DNA of 63,353 nucleotides, counting the filler, from Sanchytrium tribonematis (Eukaryota): NCBI GenBank assembly GCA_018985235.1. It is 26 parts of 26 records of this genome, joined end to end, with 100 filler letters (N's around TTAATTAATTAA, not from the genome) between each part and the next. Parts side by side here need not be neighbours in the genome. Positions count along the whole stretch, not along the records: positions 43,249 to 44,425 come from JADGIG010001380.1; positions 44,526 to 45,702 come from JADGIG010001381.1; positions 45,803 to 46,975 come from JADGIG010001383.1; positions 47,076 to 48,246 come from JADGIG010001384.1; positions 48,347 to 49,515 come from JADGIG010001385.1; positions 49,616 to 50,782 come from JADGIG010001386.1; positions 50,883 to 52,046 come from JADGIG010001387.1; positions 52,147 to 53,307 come from JADGIG010001388.1; 18 more parts are not named here. The stretch is one strand, 5' to 3'. The first letter of the stretch is position 1. The number at the start of each line of letters is the position of its first letter. Made by a program: the position numbers and the translations under genes. Positions 43,249-55,584 of the stretch are shown here, in pieces. Below the pieces are notes generated by a model. That model was not told where the DNA came from. It saw only the letters and a program-made list of their open reading frames with translations, and did no database searches.

Positions 43249-44425
43249 ACAAAATTAATGATCATTTCATCCTTGTTTTTAAAGTGATAATTGGATAGTA
43301 ATAGGCGCATGGGCCCTATTGCAGCATGATACTTGTGTGCTGCCTTTAATAATCCTGCTACATTCTCCAAATTGGCTTCATTTCCCTGGTGGAAATCATC
43401 TTGAGGTAATTCGTCATGAGAAATCATCCCCTTGCAAAATGCACACGTGAAGTCATCTTCCAAGTCACTATCCATCAATCCATAACAGTCTTGATGAGAG
43501 AACCTGTCACATTCTCTACATTGGACCATCACATCTCTCTCGACATTGACTTTGCAAATACATGCAGTGACATATGGTTGGAGGGTTTCAGCATTCTCCA
43601 TTGGTACTGATTGTTTTCTAGACAATTCCGAATCTTCGTCAATCAATTTTGCTTCCAGTTGATCATTTTCCAACTTTCTTGCCTTGCTCCTCGTTTGATA
43701 ACTATTAATCTCCATTGGTAATCGTGATAACAGATCTGCTTGGCCATTTGCCTTTCCTTTAATCGGTACATACTGAATATTATATGGCTGGACAATATCT
43801 ATCCAGGATTTTACCTTGTTAGTCAATTTACTACCATATCCCCTGACAAACCAACCAGCACTCTCTGAATCACAATGGATTCTAATCAGATTGGATCCCA
43901 TGTACTTGCCATACTTTAATATTCCCTTTTCAATGGCATACATCTCCTTTTCATGAATTGAGTACTGCTTCTCACTCTTATCCAGAGACTTGGAGAATAA
44001 TGCAATCATTTTCCCATCTTGATAGAGGGTACACCCAATCGCAAATCCACTCGCGTCCGTATACATGTCGTACGGCATTTCATTCTTGAAATATGCCAAC
44101 TTGGTGTTTTCTAATAAATCAATGGCCCATTTTAATGCCTTTTCTGCTTCATCATCCCAGTAAAATGGCTTTCTGGCATTGCAGATTCTAATGGGGGCAA
44201 TCACATCCTCGAAATTTATCACAAAGCCGCGCACCCAACTTAACATCCCAAGAATTCTAGCACATTCTCTTCTCTTTTCTGGGGATTTAATTCCTTTCAA
44301 TTGAATCAAATAGCCAGGTTTACATGTATATCCAGTAGAATCAACCTTGAAACCACAGAAAATGACGGATTTCTGAGCCAAACTGGATTTCTCCCAATTG
44401 ATGTTTACATTCTTCTTGGTTGCAA
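43249..44425 (-). mobile_element. Ty3/Gypsy-like LTR retrotransposon pol fragment (RT end, RNase H, PHD finger, start of integrase)
   Basis: NINWEKS...VIFCGF, RILGMLSWVRGFV, YTDASGFAIG.LYQ, YSIHEKE, HCD, GKANGQADLLSR; C4HC3 PHD; AHKYH. Confidence 0.9.
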
Positions 44426-44525
44426 NNNNNNNNNNNNNNNNNNNNNNNNNNNNNNNNNNNNNNNNNNNNTTAATTAATTAANNNNNNNNNNNNNNNNNNN
44501 NNNNNNNNNNNNNNNNNNNNNNNNN

Positions 44526-45702
44526 CCAAATTGGAAGTCAAAGTTTGATCTGATCGAAGTTGGTTTTGAAGAAGACAAAATTATATTCTATGGAAAGAAT
44601 CCTTCCATCAAGCAAATTCAAATTCAGGTGGAATGTTTAGGGGAATTCCATCCGTCTAATTTAGCTAGAAAGTACAAGAGTAAAAAAGGATCTCTTTTAA
44701 ATCACAGCGTATATATAGATGCCGCTGGAAATATTTCTTCAACAGAACAACCTACTGAGATTGTGTGTAAATTTGATGACAATGAAATGTATGTTGTAGG
44801 TGTATCTTCTTTGAAGAAACACGCCAACTTAGATAGTATTATCAAAAAGCTTGTAATTGAATTAAATGAAATTGAAAAAAAGAGTAAAGATACAGCAAAG
44901 GTGATTACAGTTATACCACAAAAATATCACAAACAATTGATTGGACCTAATGGGAAAGCTCTTAATGATCTGATCGAAAAATATGCCACTGATCAGTCCA
45001 GCTGTATCGTTCGATTTGGTAGCAACAGTCGTCCTCAAAATTCCAATAAGTCGACGCCTTTAGAGGTCGATCAAGTATTGTTTATTGGACATAAAAATGT
45101 TGTTGCGGCAGTTAAAAACGAGATGGAAAGACTTGTCGAACAGTGGAAGCATGAGCATGTAATGATGAGCTATCAAAGCCAAGTCGAAATTAGCCAAAAA
45201 GCGCTTCCTAGAGTTGTTGGTAAAAAATTTGCAAACATCCAAAAATTTAAGGACTTGCCTGGAATTTCTAACATTGATGTGCCACCCAAAACTGACTCCG
45301 ACAAAATTACTATCAGTTTACAGGGCAAGAAAGAAGTTGTTCTTCAGGTTATCAAGGAGCTCAAGCAAAATGCAGAAGATGTAGAGAATTCTGTATCTCA
45401 TTTTATACCGGTTGAAAAAGAATATCTTTCAGCTGTAATTGGTCAAAAAGGAAAGATCATTAATCAACTTCAAGAACTATATCAGGTCAAATTGAATGTA
45501 AACGAAGCAGATGACTGCGGTCTTGATATAATCGGAGGCAAGGAATCAGTTGCCAGATGTAAAAAAGATATTGAGCATATTCTTCGCTTTGAAAAGGATC
45601 ATAATACTGAATGTTCCATTAAAGTTCCCCAAGATTCAGTTAGCTATATTATTGGACGTAATGGTACACGGGTTGAGAAACTAAAATATTTAACGGGTTG
45701 TA
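44526..45702 (+). CDS. Multi-KH RNA-binding protein (Scp160/vigilin-like), partial
   Basis: Repeated KH GxxG loops: LIGPNG, VVGKK, VIGQKG, IIGRNG. Confidence 0.85.
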
Positions 45703-45802
45703 NNNNNNNNNNNNNNNNNNNNNNNNNNNNNNNNNNNNNNNNNNNNTTAATTAATTAANNNNNNNNNNNNNNNNNNNNNNNNNNNNNNNNNNNNNNNNNN
45801 NN

Positions 45803-46272
45803 CATTCAACAATGCACGCAGGATAGCCAGACAAATATGTAAATCAGCCATACGCACCAATACATCACCCATAGAAATTCTAAATACTAAAACACTCGAT
45901 GCGCCATTGCGTGCATGGGTGATAGATTGTATGGAAGCGAGATTGCTTAAGGATTATGAGAGAGAATTAGGGAAACAACGAGAATATCAAAGATTAAAAA
46001 CCATGGAACGCCATTTTAATCAATCTGTAACCATGAGAAGCAACCGACATGCTCGTGAAACAAATAGAATAGAGGCAGCTAATACGCCACCTCGTAGTAA
46101 TACTAGTGCATTTACTACGCCACCTCGTAGATTTGGACGAACCATTACTCTTCAAAGCCCGCCTTCTCCACCAGTATCTACGCCAACACCTGAACCACGA
46201 GTCACACGATCAATGGCGAGATCTGTGGCTACAAATGACAGTCCCTTGATTACTCTAGTGGAAGACGATTAA
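45803..46272 (+). CDS. Hypothetical protein C-terminus with Pro/Thr-rich tail, 5'-partial
   Basis: Frame open from the contig edge; TPPR twice, RVTRS. Confidence 0.4.
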
Positions 46273-46279
46273 ATAAATA

Positions 46280-46975
46280 TTAATTAAGTTTATTAAAATG
46301 CTTTTGTTTCTTTAATTTTATCCATAAATGAATAATTACCAAAATAAGCATTAAATTCAAAGTATAATGCATGATACTCGGTATGAATGGCTGTACATCG
46401 CATTGTTGTAAATTAAAATACTTGATTTCTCTATTTTCAGACTCACACGTCATCATTTCCATATCTAATAATTCTTCCATAAAAACATCTGCTTCAAATA
46501 AAACATCGTCGTCAATGCCCCCACTTAAAGTAATCACATCTCCCTCATTCGTGCTTTATTTTGCATCATTGCAAAGTGTGTAATATATCTAACAGTCTCA
46601 TTTCTGATATTAAATACAAATAAATACTGTAATTCACCATGATAATTAATGGTAATCACATTAGATGAAAAATGAACTTCATCTTTAATATTTTTAAAAC
46701 AGGAATATTGTCGTTTAAATTGAGTATTGTAGAGTGCGACTCTATCATTTTGTAGTGTTAAATCACCCATAATAAATGGATTTAATGAATATAATGCCAA
46801 TATATCAGATTCATTGCTAAATAACAACCAATTCTTTTCAATTTCAGTATTTCCCCCAAATAAATTCGTATGCTCATAAAAATGTGGTTGTAAGAATAAC
46901 CCATCTGTAGCACCTTCTAAAGCCTCTCTAAATTTCATGATTTCAATGCCGCGCACTGGTAATTGTGCTTGTGGA
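46280..46975 (-). pseudogene. Disrupted beta-propeller glyco-enzyme-like gene with C-terminal TM
   Basis: EKNWLLF...YSLNP and LSGGIDD blocks; frameshift plus in-frame TAA near 46556-46585. Confidence 0.35.
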
Positions 46976-47075
46976 NNNNNNNNNNNNNNNNNNNNNNNNN
47001 NNNNNNNNNNNNNNNNNNNTTAATTAATTAANNNNNNNNNNNNNNNNNNNNNNNNNNNNNNNNNNNNNNNNNNNN

Positions 47076-48067
47076 AATTGTGATTCTTCCGGTGGAGTAT
47101 TTTCCGCTTTTGTGTCTGATTCAACCAATTTTTTGGTCTTGAAATTCAATGTATTATTTTTAAGAGGACTTGTTTCTTTCTTGATAGACGAAATTTCCAC
47201 TACAATAGACTTTTTGGTATTTGCGGAAGTTTTCTTGACAAATTTGTCCATAGTTGACTGTTTAAGTACATTGGTATCCATATATTTAGCAAAATCATCA
47301 GCTGTCATGTGCAAAATTTTGGTGAAAACATTTTTTAGTTCTGATGGTATTTTGATGTTTTCGTCCGGGTTAACTAACCAGACATCACAGCCAGACAGGC
47401 TCAAATCTTTTATGGCGCGCTTAATCCCGTTAACTTTTAAAGAAGTCCCAATGACTATGACAGTATTTCCTTTCTTCCTGTCTTTTGTGAGTTTCTTTTG
47501 AACGTCAACGTCGTTTGGGTTCATTTCATTATAAAGCAAAACATTTGGTCTTAAAGTACCAACTGTTTTGATGGTTCTCAATCCTTCTCTCTTTAATACT
47601 CTTTCTTCACCAGCTTTAGAACAATTTGGACAAGCTACGCATTCCTGTACTCTATATTTGTCAATTACTTTTGTTATATCATCTTTATGTTGACATAGCA
47701 TACAATAAACCGTCCGAATAGTGCCATGCAGCAACACCACTTTATCTTTTGATAAACCGGCAACAAATTCTAACTCATCAATATTTTGAGTGTATACTCT
47801 AGTAAGCTTGCCAAGTTTTGCTAACCGAACCAGAAATTGATGAAATGCAGTGGGTTTAACATCACTTATCATATCGTGCAATTTAGCCATGCCTTGGAGC
47901 CAGTTTAAATATTTTTCGTGATTATGTAACACTTGTGATGCGTCAAATAGATCGTAGCTGCTACTTTTGTCTGATAATTTCAACTTAAATATACCATTGG
48001 CAGACCGAAAATCGGGAATTCCCGCCGATATGGAACAACCGGCTCCATTAAAGAAAATATAACCCAT
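47076..48067 (-). CDS. Sirtuin NAD-dependent deacetylase (Hst3/Hst4-like), 3'-partial
   Basis: GAGCSISAGIPDFRS, YTQNIDELE, LHG, CMLC..CPNC, LRPNVLLYNE, GTSLKV. Confidence 0.92.
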
Positions 48068-48346
48068 TTGAATTTGACACAAGGAGAATCATTTTGACAA
48101 TTAATTCAGATTATAATAGATACACAAAGCAACTGGAATTTTATAAATGATTATCAAAACGCGTTTATTTTTATAAATGTTTTAATTCGGAGCCACCTTT
48201 CATGTCAAAAGCATTTGAAGATGTTGATGTTGGATTTTATGTCGCANNNNNNNNNNNNNNNNNNNNNNNNNNNNNNNNNNNNNNNNNNNNTTAATTAATT
48301 AANNNNNNNNNNNNNNNNNNNNNNNNNNNNNNNNNNNNNNNNNNNN

Positions 48347-48948
48347 GAAATATCTTGAATTTGAGGAATATTATTCGGCCCATAGCCACAATGACGAACA
48401 AGTAAAGGAAAAACTTGCTGATGCTCAGAGCAAGCATGTGTAGGAAATAGTTTTGTAAGTTCAGTATATACGATTTTCCAAGTCTCTAATTCTGCTTTAG
48501 TATAGTCAACGTGGGGTAACGGCATTCCTGTCTTGTAAGTTTTTGCCATCTCAGTAATGTCCGATCGTCTTTTTCTGTAGTCTGGATCTTTAAATCCAGG
48601 ATGGTCTGCATCAAGCTCCATCCCGTAGCTCATAACCTTCTCGGCGAAAGTGTCTAAGTCTTTAATTTGCTTCGGAAACCAAGCTGAAAACTCGTCATCT
48701 TTGGTTGAAGTAATATGGCAGTATTTGATGTCTTTCTCAGACATAAGATCAGCCTTAAGCTTTGAAAGATCATATTCTTTGGGTGACTCGAATAAGATGT
48801 TAAATTGATAGTCAGCACTAGGGTCTTTCGTGGTGGTCGAATTAATAGATGTCAGGTTCAAGTTGTGCGATTTGAGCTTGGCCAGAACATCACTTAATAG
48901 ACCAGATCTATCAACAACTCGAAGAGTCAAACTGCAAGTTACTGTCAT
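48347..48948 (-). CDS. PAH: Phenylalanine 4-hydroxylase with ACT domain, 3'-partial
   Basis: ACT domain, then WFPKQIKDLD, ELDADHPGFKDPDYRKRR, THAC.EH, NIPQIQDI. Confidence 0.92.
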
Positions 48949-49615
48949 CCTTGTTTCCAATCCAAGTGACTCAAAATTTTAAACCGGACCAATTGCCCTA
49001 TTTATTAGCCAGTAGTTCAGCCTCTTTCTCAAAGCAAAAAGAACTGAAAAAGTTTAAAGATATCTTGCAAAACTATATTCTCAAATCTTTAAAGAAATGA
49101 GACTCAACCGTTTGCTTTCAAGAATGAATTTACAGGCGAAAATTTAGATTTAATTGTGATGACTGCGATGCACACGAAGCGAAAGAAGATGAAATATTTG
49201 TTTATTTCAAGGAGGTACAATCACGTGCAAAATAAGTAAAGGGTCAATAGCAAAACGAAGAGACACAGGAGCAATTTGTAAGTCAATCATTGTGATTATA
49301 CTGCACTATCTTATTAATGATGATTCAATTTTTAAGTTTCAGTCTTGTATGAATTCTTGAGCTAATTTAGAACTAAGAAGTTGTGATTTAGAATGAAATG
49401 TTTAATTCACATTCACAATGTTAACATTTAAGGTAAGAAAATGTAAGATGTCGTAATTTGCGTTTGAAATCTGATGAGAATCACGTCAGGCTGACTAACA
49501 CTGCTAATTTAGAAANNNNNNNNNNNNNNNNNNNNNNNNNNNNNNNNNNNNNNNNNNNNTTAATTAATTAANNNNNNNNNNNNNNNNNNNNNNNNNNNNN
49601 NNNNNNNNNNNNNNN

Positions 49616-50782
49616 CACAAGATCTATTTAAAAATCTTAGAAGATTCACTGGGGAAAGATACAGAAAAATTATGTTTTTTGGAATGCTATACGGCTTTCA
49701 GACAAATGAAGGAACTGAATATGTTTTACTTGATCCATTGGGAAAATACATGTCGTTGCGAAATTGCTTGTGTGAAAAGTGTCTCATATACTTCAAAAAG
49801 AGACGCTTTAAAAATAAACCCTCATAACAGAAATCGAAAAATTTGTAGAACTGAATGTAGTGCAGAAACTCACAGAGTACTCCAAGATCTATCTGAATGT
49901 ATTTCCAGATTAACTAGAGTAAATATTAAAGTTATTCTTTTCGGCGACTCAAAACAATTACCAGCTGTCTTAGATGAGCCGAATGAAACATCAGCATGGT
50001 TTACACATTTAATATCACACGAATTAACTATAAATGAAAGATCTCAAGATTCACATTTTCTAACAATGCTTCACTTATTTTATGACAATACTCCTATTGT
50101 ATTACAAGAACTACTCACTTTTGTAAACGAAAGATTGATATCAGACTATACACTGCCGGATCCATATGTATCTGCCAGAAGAGAGCAATGTAACAATTTT
50201 AACGAAAACCGTTTGAATACAATAACCACTACTGACAATCCAATATTTACCTTTAAAGTATTTCGATATTCAAGGAAACCAATTTCCATTATCAAATTAT
50301 AATCAAGCTTCTGATAGTATTAAAAACCAATTCAGGTATATTCCAGAATTAAAAATTTGTGTTGGTTGTATAGTAATGCTTCTTAATAACATAGATGTAA
50401 CAAACGGGCTAGTAAATGGATCATTTGGAACAGTCAGAGAAATTTGCATAACAAATATTGAACACTGAGTTAAAGTCGAATTCGTATCCAGGGATGGACC
50501 ACTATTAGCAACCTTAACACCAAAAAGGGAAACAATAGAAGACTGGCATTTATATTGTACCCGCATACGCAACTACTGTGCATAAAACTCAAGGTACTTA
50601 CTATTTATTAAGGCTTGACTTAGGATATAATTATTGTCGGAAACATTCGTAACTTCTGGGTACCCCAACAATTATATGTGGCAATGTCAAGAGTACGAAA
50701 TGGGGATTCCGTGAAATTTCTAAGACCTACATGGCCTTTGCAATGTGTTCGTCATTATACTATGGATGATTTTGTGAAACTG
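49616..50782 (+). pseudogene. Pif1-family helicase pseudogene (possible Helitron remnant)
   Basis: FGDSKQLPAV, LTINERSQD, VMLLNNID..GLVNGSFG, YATTVHKTQG, QLYVAMSRV spread over frames, with an in-frame TGA at about 50466. Confidence 0.85.
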
Positions 50783-50882
50783 NNNNNNNNNNNNNNNNNN
50801 NNNNNNNNNNNNNNNNNNNNNNNNNNTTAATTAATTAANNNNNNNNNNNNNNNNNNNNNNNNNNNNNNNNNNNNNNNNNNNN

Positions 50883-52046
50883 GATTAGGCAGTCGAAAAT
50901 TCATTAAATTCCTTAAAGAAAGTAATAAAGAAGCCCTGTATAATCAAATTGAGCTAGAATTAAAAACGATGTATTTCTCATTCATTTAGGGTCAATCAAA
51001 TCATGAATAGCAAGAAAACAAAGGTATTAAAGAAGAAGAAACAGTTTGAAAAGTTGAAAACACGTAAATTAAAGGATTTATTGAACCATCAAAGAAATAA
51101 TGTCACTCAAATCCCTCAAGTGGGTGAATTAATGACAAATACCATTTCTCCAGTGAGTTTAGCACCCTCCAAGATCAAAATAACCAGTCAATCTACTCCC
51201 GAGATTGATTTATCGGATGCTGTCTCAGATGATGAAAATTCAGAATATCCAGTGAGAATCATTAATAAGCGCATTCATGCTTTAAAAGAGAAAATAAACA
51301 CGAGGGTGTCTCATATGGGATCGATGTCCCCTATTGTAGCAGCCAGAAGGCGATCAAATAGTGAAAATTCCATATTTCTAGATTTGGACCAATTTAAATT
51401 AGATGCCAAAGATCCCTCCATGTTGGTTTCTCCACATAAAAATCAACTTTCTCCATATCTAGAACTGTCATTGAGTAATAGTCTTGATAATATTCCATCT
51501 CCAAATACGCCTGAACTACATTCCAGTGTTGCAGATAATTTGGATTTATTTGAAATGGAATTAAATCAACTTCAAATTGAATTAACAACTAATAAAATAC
51601 TCACAATTACAAGGCGTAAACAGCAAGTAGATATGGCTAGTCATTTGGGTGCCTTATTTGAGAGTATTTACCAACGTATGGAATATAAAGATTTAGAAGA
51701 TTTAGAAAGTCCTCAAAAAGAAATTACTTTGGTGAATAAGCAAAATAATCGAATTAGCATTTATTCAGCAGACTTTTTAAAGAGTTTACATCATTCTGAA
51801 GAAGATTTGGTGTTGATTAATACGAGAACAGCCCCTAGACAGCTGAAAAGACGTGTGGAGCCTATTGAAATTAAACCAGAAGTGCCTGCTGAAAATATGG
51901 ATATTTCAGAACCAGCATCACCTACATCGCCAGTACAATCAGAACCAGCATCCCCGATGCAAGAAGAGCCTATTGAGATGCCTCTGCCACTTGAAGAAAT
52001 TGCAGAATCTGAAGCACCCATTGAAGAAATAAAATCATCCAATTCC
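50883..52046 (+). CDS. Hypothetical low-complexity protein, partial; join(<50883..50970,50990..>52046)
   Basis: An open upstream frame is joined to the 51003 ORF by a 19-nt intron. Confidence 0.6.
50971..50989 (+). other. 19-nt spliceosomal intron GTATTTCTCATTCATTTAG
   Basis: Same length and ATTTAG end as the other two; removal gives continuous ELELKTMVNQIMNSK. Confidence 0.75.
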
Positions 52047-52146
52047 NNNNNNNNNNNNNNNNNNNNNNNNNNNNNNNNNNNNNNNNNNNNTTAATTAATT
52101 AANNNNNNNNNNNNNNNNNNNNNNNNNNNNNNNNNNNNNNNNNNNN

Positions 52147-52904
52147 GAAATGAAAATAATACTCTTTACAATATCATTATTATTCAGAGGAGCGATAATT
52201 AATTCATCTACTTCTTTATCTTCTGCGTGTTCTTCACCACTATGATAGAGTGCAATAAATTCTTCAAATTTACAAATTGATTGTATTCTTGAAAATCTTG
52301 ATGGCTTGTTCGCATTAAATATGGGACCTTTGTGTTTGATTCCTTTTTTCAAACTGAAATTGATTTTGGGATATTCCACGGAATAACTTTGAACCATTTT
52401 CAGACAAGAATTGTATTCGGCACTTGCAGATCTTAAGCCTGACTTTCTATTTGGCAAATTGTAAAATAAATCCTGACATATTATAGTAGTGCCAGTATTC
52501 ATAGCCTTTGGGACACAACTAACCAAATTATAATCCGAGTACTCGCATAAATTACCAACAGTATCATGCTTGTATTTTGTTTGTATTTTCAACTTACTGA
52601 CACAAGAGACAGCACTTAGGGCCTCACCTCGAAATCCAAACGAAGATATGCTGAGAAGGTCCTCATATTTAGTGATTTTGGAGGTTGTAAACCTGTTGCA
52701 CAAAATTTTTAAATCTTCCTTCATAATTCCACTTCCATCATCACTTACAATAATTTGATTTGGTTCAAGAGATATTTCCAATTTTGTACAGCCAGCATCT
52801 ATGCTATTTTCAATGAGTTCCTTAATAACACCAGTTGCACATACAATAACTTCTCCAGCACTGATTTTTCTCTGGGTTTCCTGATCGAGAAGCTGAATCC
52901 GCAT
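52147..52904 (-). CDS. MLH1: MutL homologue MLH1 ATPase domain, 3'-partial
   Basis: ISAGEVI, KELIENSIDAG, DDGSGI, RFTTSK, FGFRGEALS, GTTI..DLFYN. Confidence 0.9.
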
Positions 52905-53051
52905 TTTCTGGAACAAAGGAGCACACTTGTTCCAAATTTCATGTTATACATCAATAATTGCCAAACTAGAATAAAATGAAACTATAATAACATGAACAAA
53001 GTTTATTCGAAAGTCTAAATGAATCTGAAACAACTATATTAAAGCCATTTG

Positions 53052-53307
53052 ATGAAAATTAAAAATTTCTTATTTGGTTTGGTAACAGCTGCTATACTGT
53101 TCATAATTATCTTCGCTACTCACAAAGATGATGTTATACGAATTTTGACAGATTTTAAATTATGGTTACGCGAACATCCTGCTGGTCCAATATTGGTGTT
53201 TTTCTTGATAAGTCTAACAGCATGTCCTCCCACTCCTGGATATTCTACTCTGGTAATATTTACAGGGTTTGTTTATGGCATGAATGGCTGGTTCATTGCT
53301 TCTAGCG
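53052..53307 (+). CDS. TVP38/TMEM64 (DedA/VTT family) membrane protein, partial
   Basis: TM helix, then CPPTPGYS...GFVYG..GW. Confidence 0.7.
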
Positions 53308-53408
53308 NNNNNNNNNNNNNNNNNNNNNNNNNNNNNNNNNNNNNNNNNNNNTTAATTAATTAANNNNNNNNNNNNNNNNNNNNNNNNNNNNNNNNNNNNN
53401 NNNNNNNT

Positions 53409-54568
53409 ACAGATCCCTACTATAATTATTTCGAATATACACTCAGTTTAATCAAACAAGGTCAACTACCACCCTCATTAACAGAAAGTAAAGTAGAAAA
53501 TAAAGCAGAATCTTCAAAACCAAATCCGCCACCAGAATATAAATTTTTAACCCATTTAAAAGACATGAATCGAATCGATCTAGATTTGATTCAATTAACT
53601 GCTAAATATACCGCATTGTATGGCCAGTCATTCCATTTAAAACTACAGCAAAAAGAAGCAGAAAATTACAGATTTCATTTTATGAGACCCACGCATTCTA
53701 AACATGAATATTATCAGCAATATATCAAGCAATTTAAATACATGATCGAGCACAAGGATGCATTAAATGAAAATATTAAAAATGTCCAGAATGACCCATT
53801 TTTCATTTTACCAAATATTTTAAAACGATCTGAATATTTAGATTATTTAAGATTTGAGCAGACAAATAAAGAAGAGAAACAAGATGTGATGCGTCAATTA
53901 TATGATTCTATTGATTGGCATGACTATAAATTGATTGAAGAATTAAATTTCTCAATTTTAGATTCAAAACAAGAATATCCAGTCCCATTGAAATTAAATG
54001 ACTTGAAGACCATGTCCATTCAAGAAAAACAACGCAAATTAAAGCATATGGACCAGTTATTAGCTACGGTAGAGCAAGAAATACAAAATGATATTTCTGA
54101 AGCATCTGAAAATGATGAAAATGATGAGAAATCAGATGCAGGATCAGATGAAATGAGTATGGAGATGTCTGTATCTTCTAAAAATAGTACGAGATCTGAA
54201 GAAATGCAGATTCCATCTCATTTAAACATCAAAACACCAAAAACACAAACTACTCCAAAACAAGCACCTATTATTACTGTGTGCCCTCATTGCAATATGA
54301 AAATGAGTGAAGCTAATCTACCATCTCATTTAAAAGAATGCTTAAAAGATTCACAGCATTTGAAAGATTTAGAAAGACAAGAAAGTAAAAATGTGCATTT
54401 TCAAGTGGACGATGAAATATTTGCAAAACAACTTGGAAATAGGAATAAAATAGTAGAGAATAAACCGAATATCACATGGGATGGCAAGCAGCACACGAAA
54501 AAGCAAGTTTTAGAGCAAATGAAACAAAAAAGAGAATTGGATGAAACTGAGGAATTGACTGAATTTGA
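53409..54568 (+). CDS. PRP21: SF3a subunit 1 / Prp21, partial
   Basis: SURP motifs DPYYNYF and DLIQLTA.YTA.YG..F...FHFMRPTHS; IDWHDY; CPHC...HL. Confidence 0.88.
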
Positions 54569-54720
54569 NNNNNNNNNNNNNNNNNNNNNNNNNNNNNNNN
54601 NNNNNNNNNNNNTTAATTAATTAANNNNNNNNNNNNNNNNNNNNNNNNNNNNNNNNNNNNNNNNNNNNGTGAGTATTCTGAGATTTGAATTTCAAACGGG
54701 GAGAATTTTCAAAAATTCAA

Positions 54721-55584
54721 ATGAAAATGCAAAATGTGATTCCGCAGCATCAATTAGATAAATTAGTGATCAACTGGCTTTCAGAAGATGTGCCTTCTTT
54801 TGATATTGCTGGTGCCATTTTAGAAGACAGGCCATGCCAGGCAACAATAATTGCGAAAGCACATGGAATCGTGGCGGGTATCCCATTTGTAGATGCAGTA
54901 TTCAAATATCTGCATTGCACTGTAGAATGGCATGTCAAAGATGGCCATGAAATCACTCAGATTACAACTCCAATTTGCAAAATTAAAGGATTGGCAAAAC
55001 AAATTCTCTTGGGTGAAAGAATTGCCCTAAATGCACTCGCACGATGCAGTGGAGTGGCCACAATGTCAAATGAAGCTATGAAATTAGTCAATTCAGTGCA
55101 ATATCACGGATTGGTGGCAGGGACAAGAAAAACGACTCCAGGATTCAGATTGGTAGAGAAATATGGAATGCTTGTTGGCGGGGTAGATTCTCATAGAATG
55201 GACTTGTCTAGTATGGTGATGCTCAAGGACAATCATATTGACAGCTTAGGAAGCATTAAATCAGCAGTTGCAGCCACCAAGAAATATTCTGGATTTCACA
55301 CTAAAATTGAAGTGGAGTGCAGAAATGATTATGATGCTACAGAAGCCATACAAGCTGGGGCAGATGTGATTATGCTCGATAATTTTAGTCCCGAGAATGC
55401 AAAAGAGACAGCTAAAGCCCTGAAGCAGAAATTTAAAAATCATCATTTCATAATCGAAGTTAGTGGCGGCATTTCTTTGGAGAATATCAAAGACTATTGT
55501 GGAGAATATATAGATGTGATCAGTACCAGTGCATTTACTCAGAGATACTCAGTCATTGACTTCAGTCTCAAAGTGGACAAATAA
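54721..55584 (+). CDS. BNA6: Nicotinate-nucleotide pyrophosphorylase (QPRTase)
   Basis: WLSEDVPSFD, GERIALN, GTRKTTPGFRLVEKY, HRMDLS, MLKDNH, EVEC, MLDNF, EVSGG. Confidence 0.96.
   Translation: MKMQNVIPQHQLDKLVINWLSEDVPSFDIAGAILEDRPCQATIIAKAHGIVAGIPFVDAVFKYLHCTVEWHVKDGHEITQITTPICKIKGLAKQILLGERIALNALARCSGVATMSNEAMKLVNSVQYHGLVAGTRKTTPGFRLVEKYGMLVGGVDSHRMDLSSMVMLKDNHIDSLGSIKSAVAATKKYSGFHTKIEVECRNDYDATEAIQAGADVIMLDNFSPENAKETAKALKQKFKNHHFIIEVSGGISLENIKDYCGEYIDVISTSAFTQRYSVIDFSLKVDK

Noticed and set aside
51905..51955. Short internal repeats (EPASP twice; also TPPR twice at 46083-46130)
   Set aside because: Ordinary low-complexity coding repeats.
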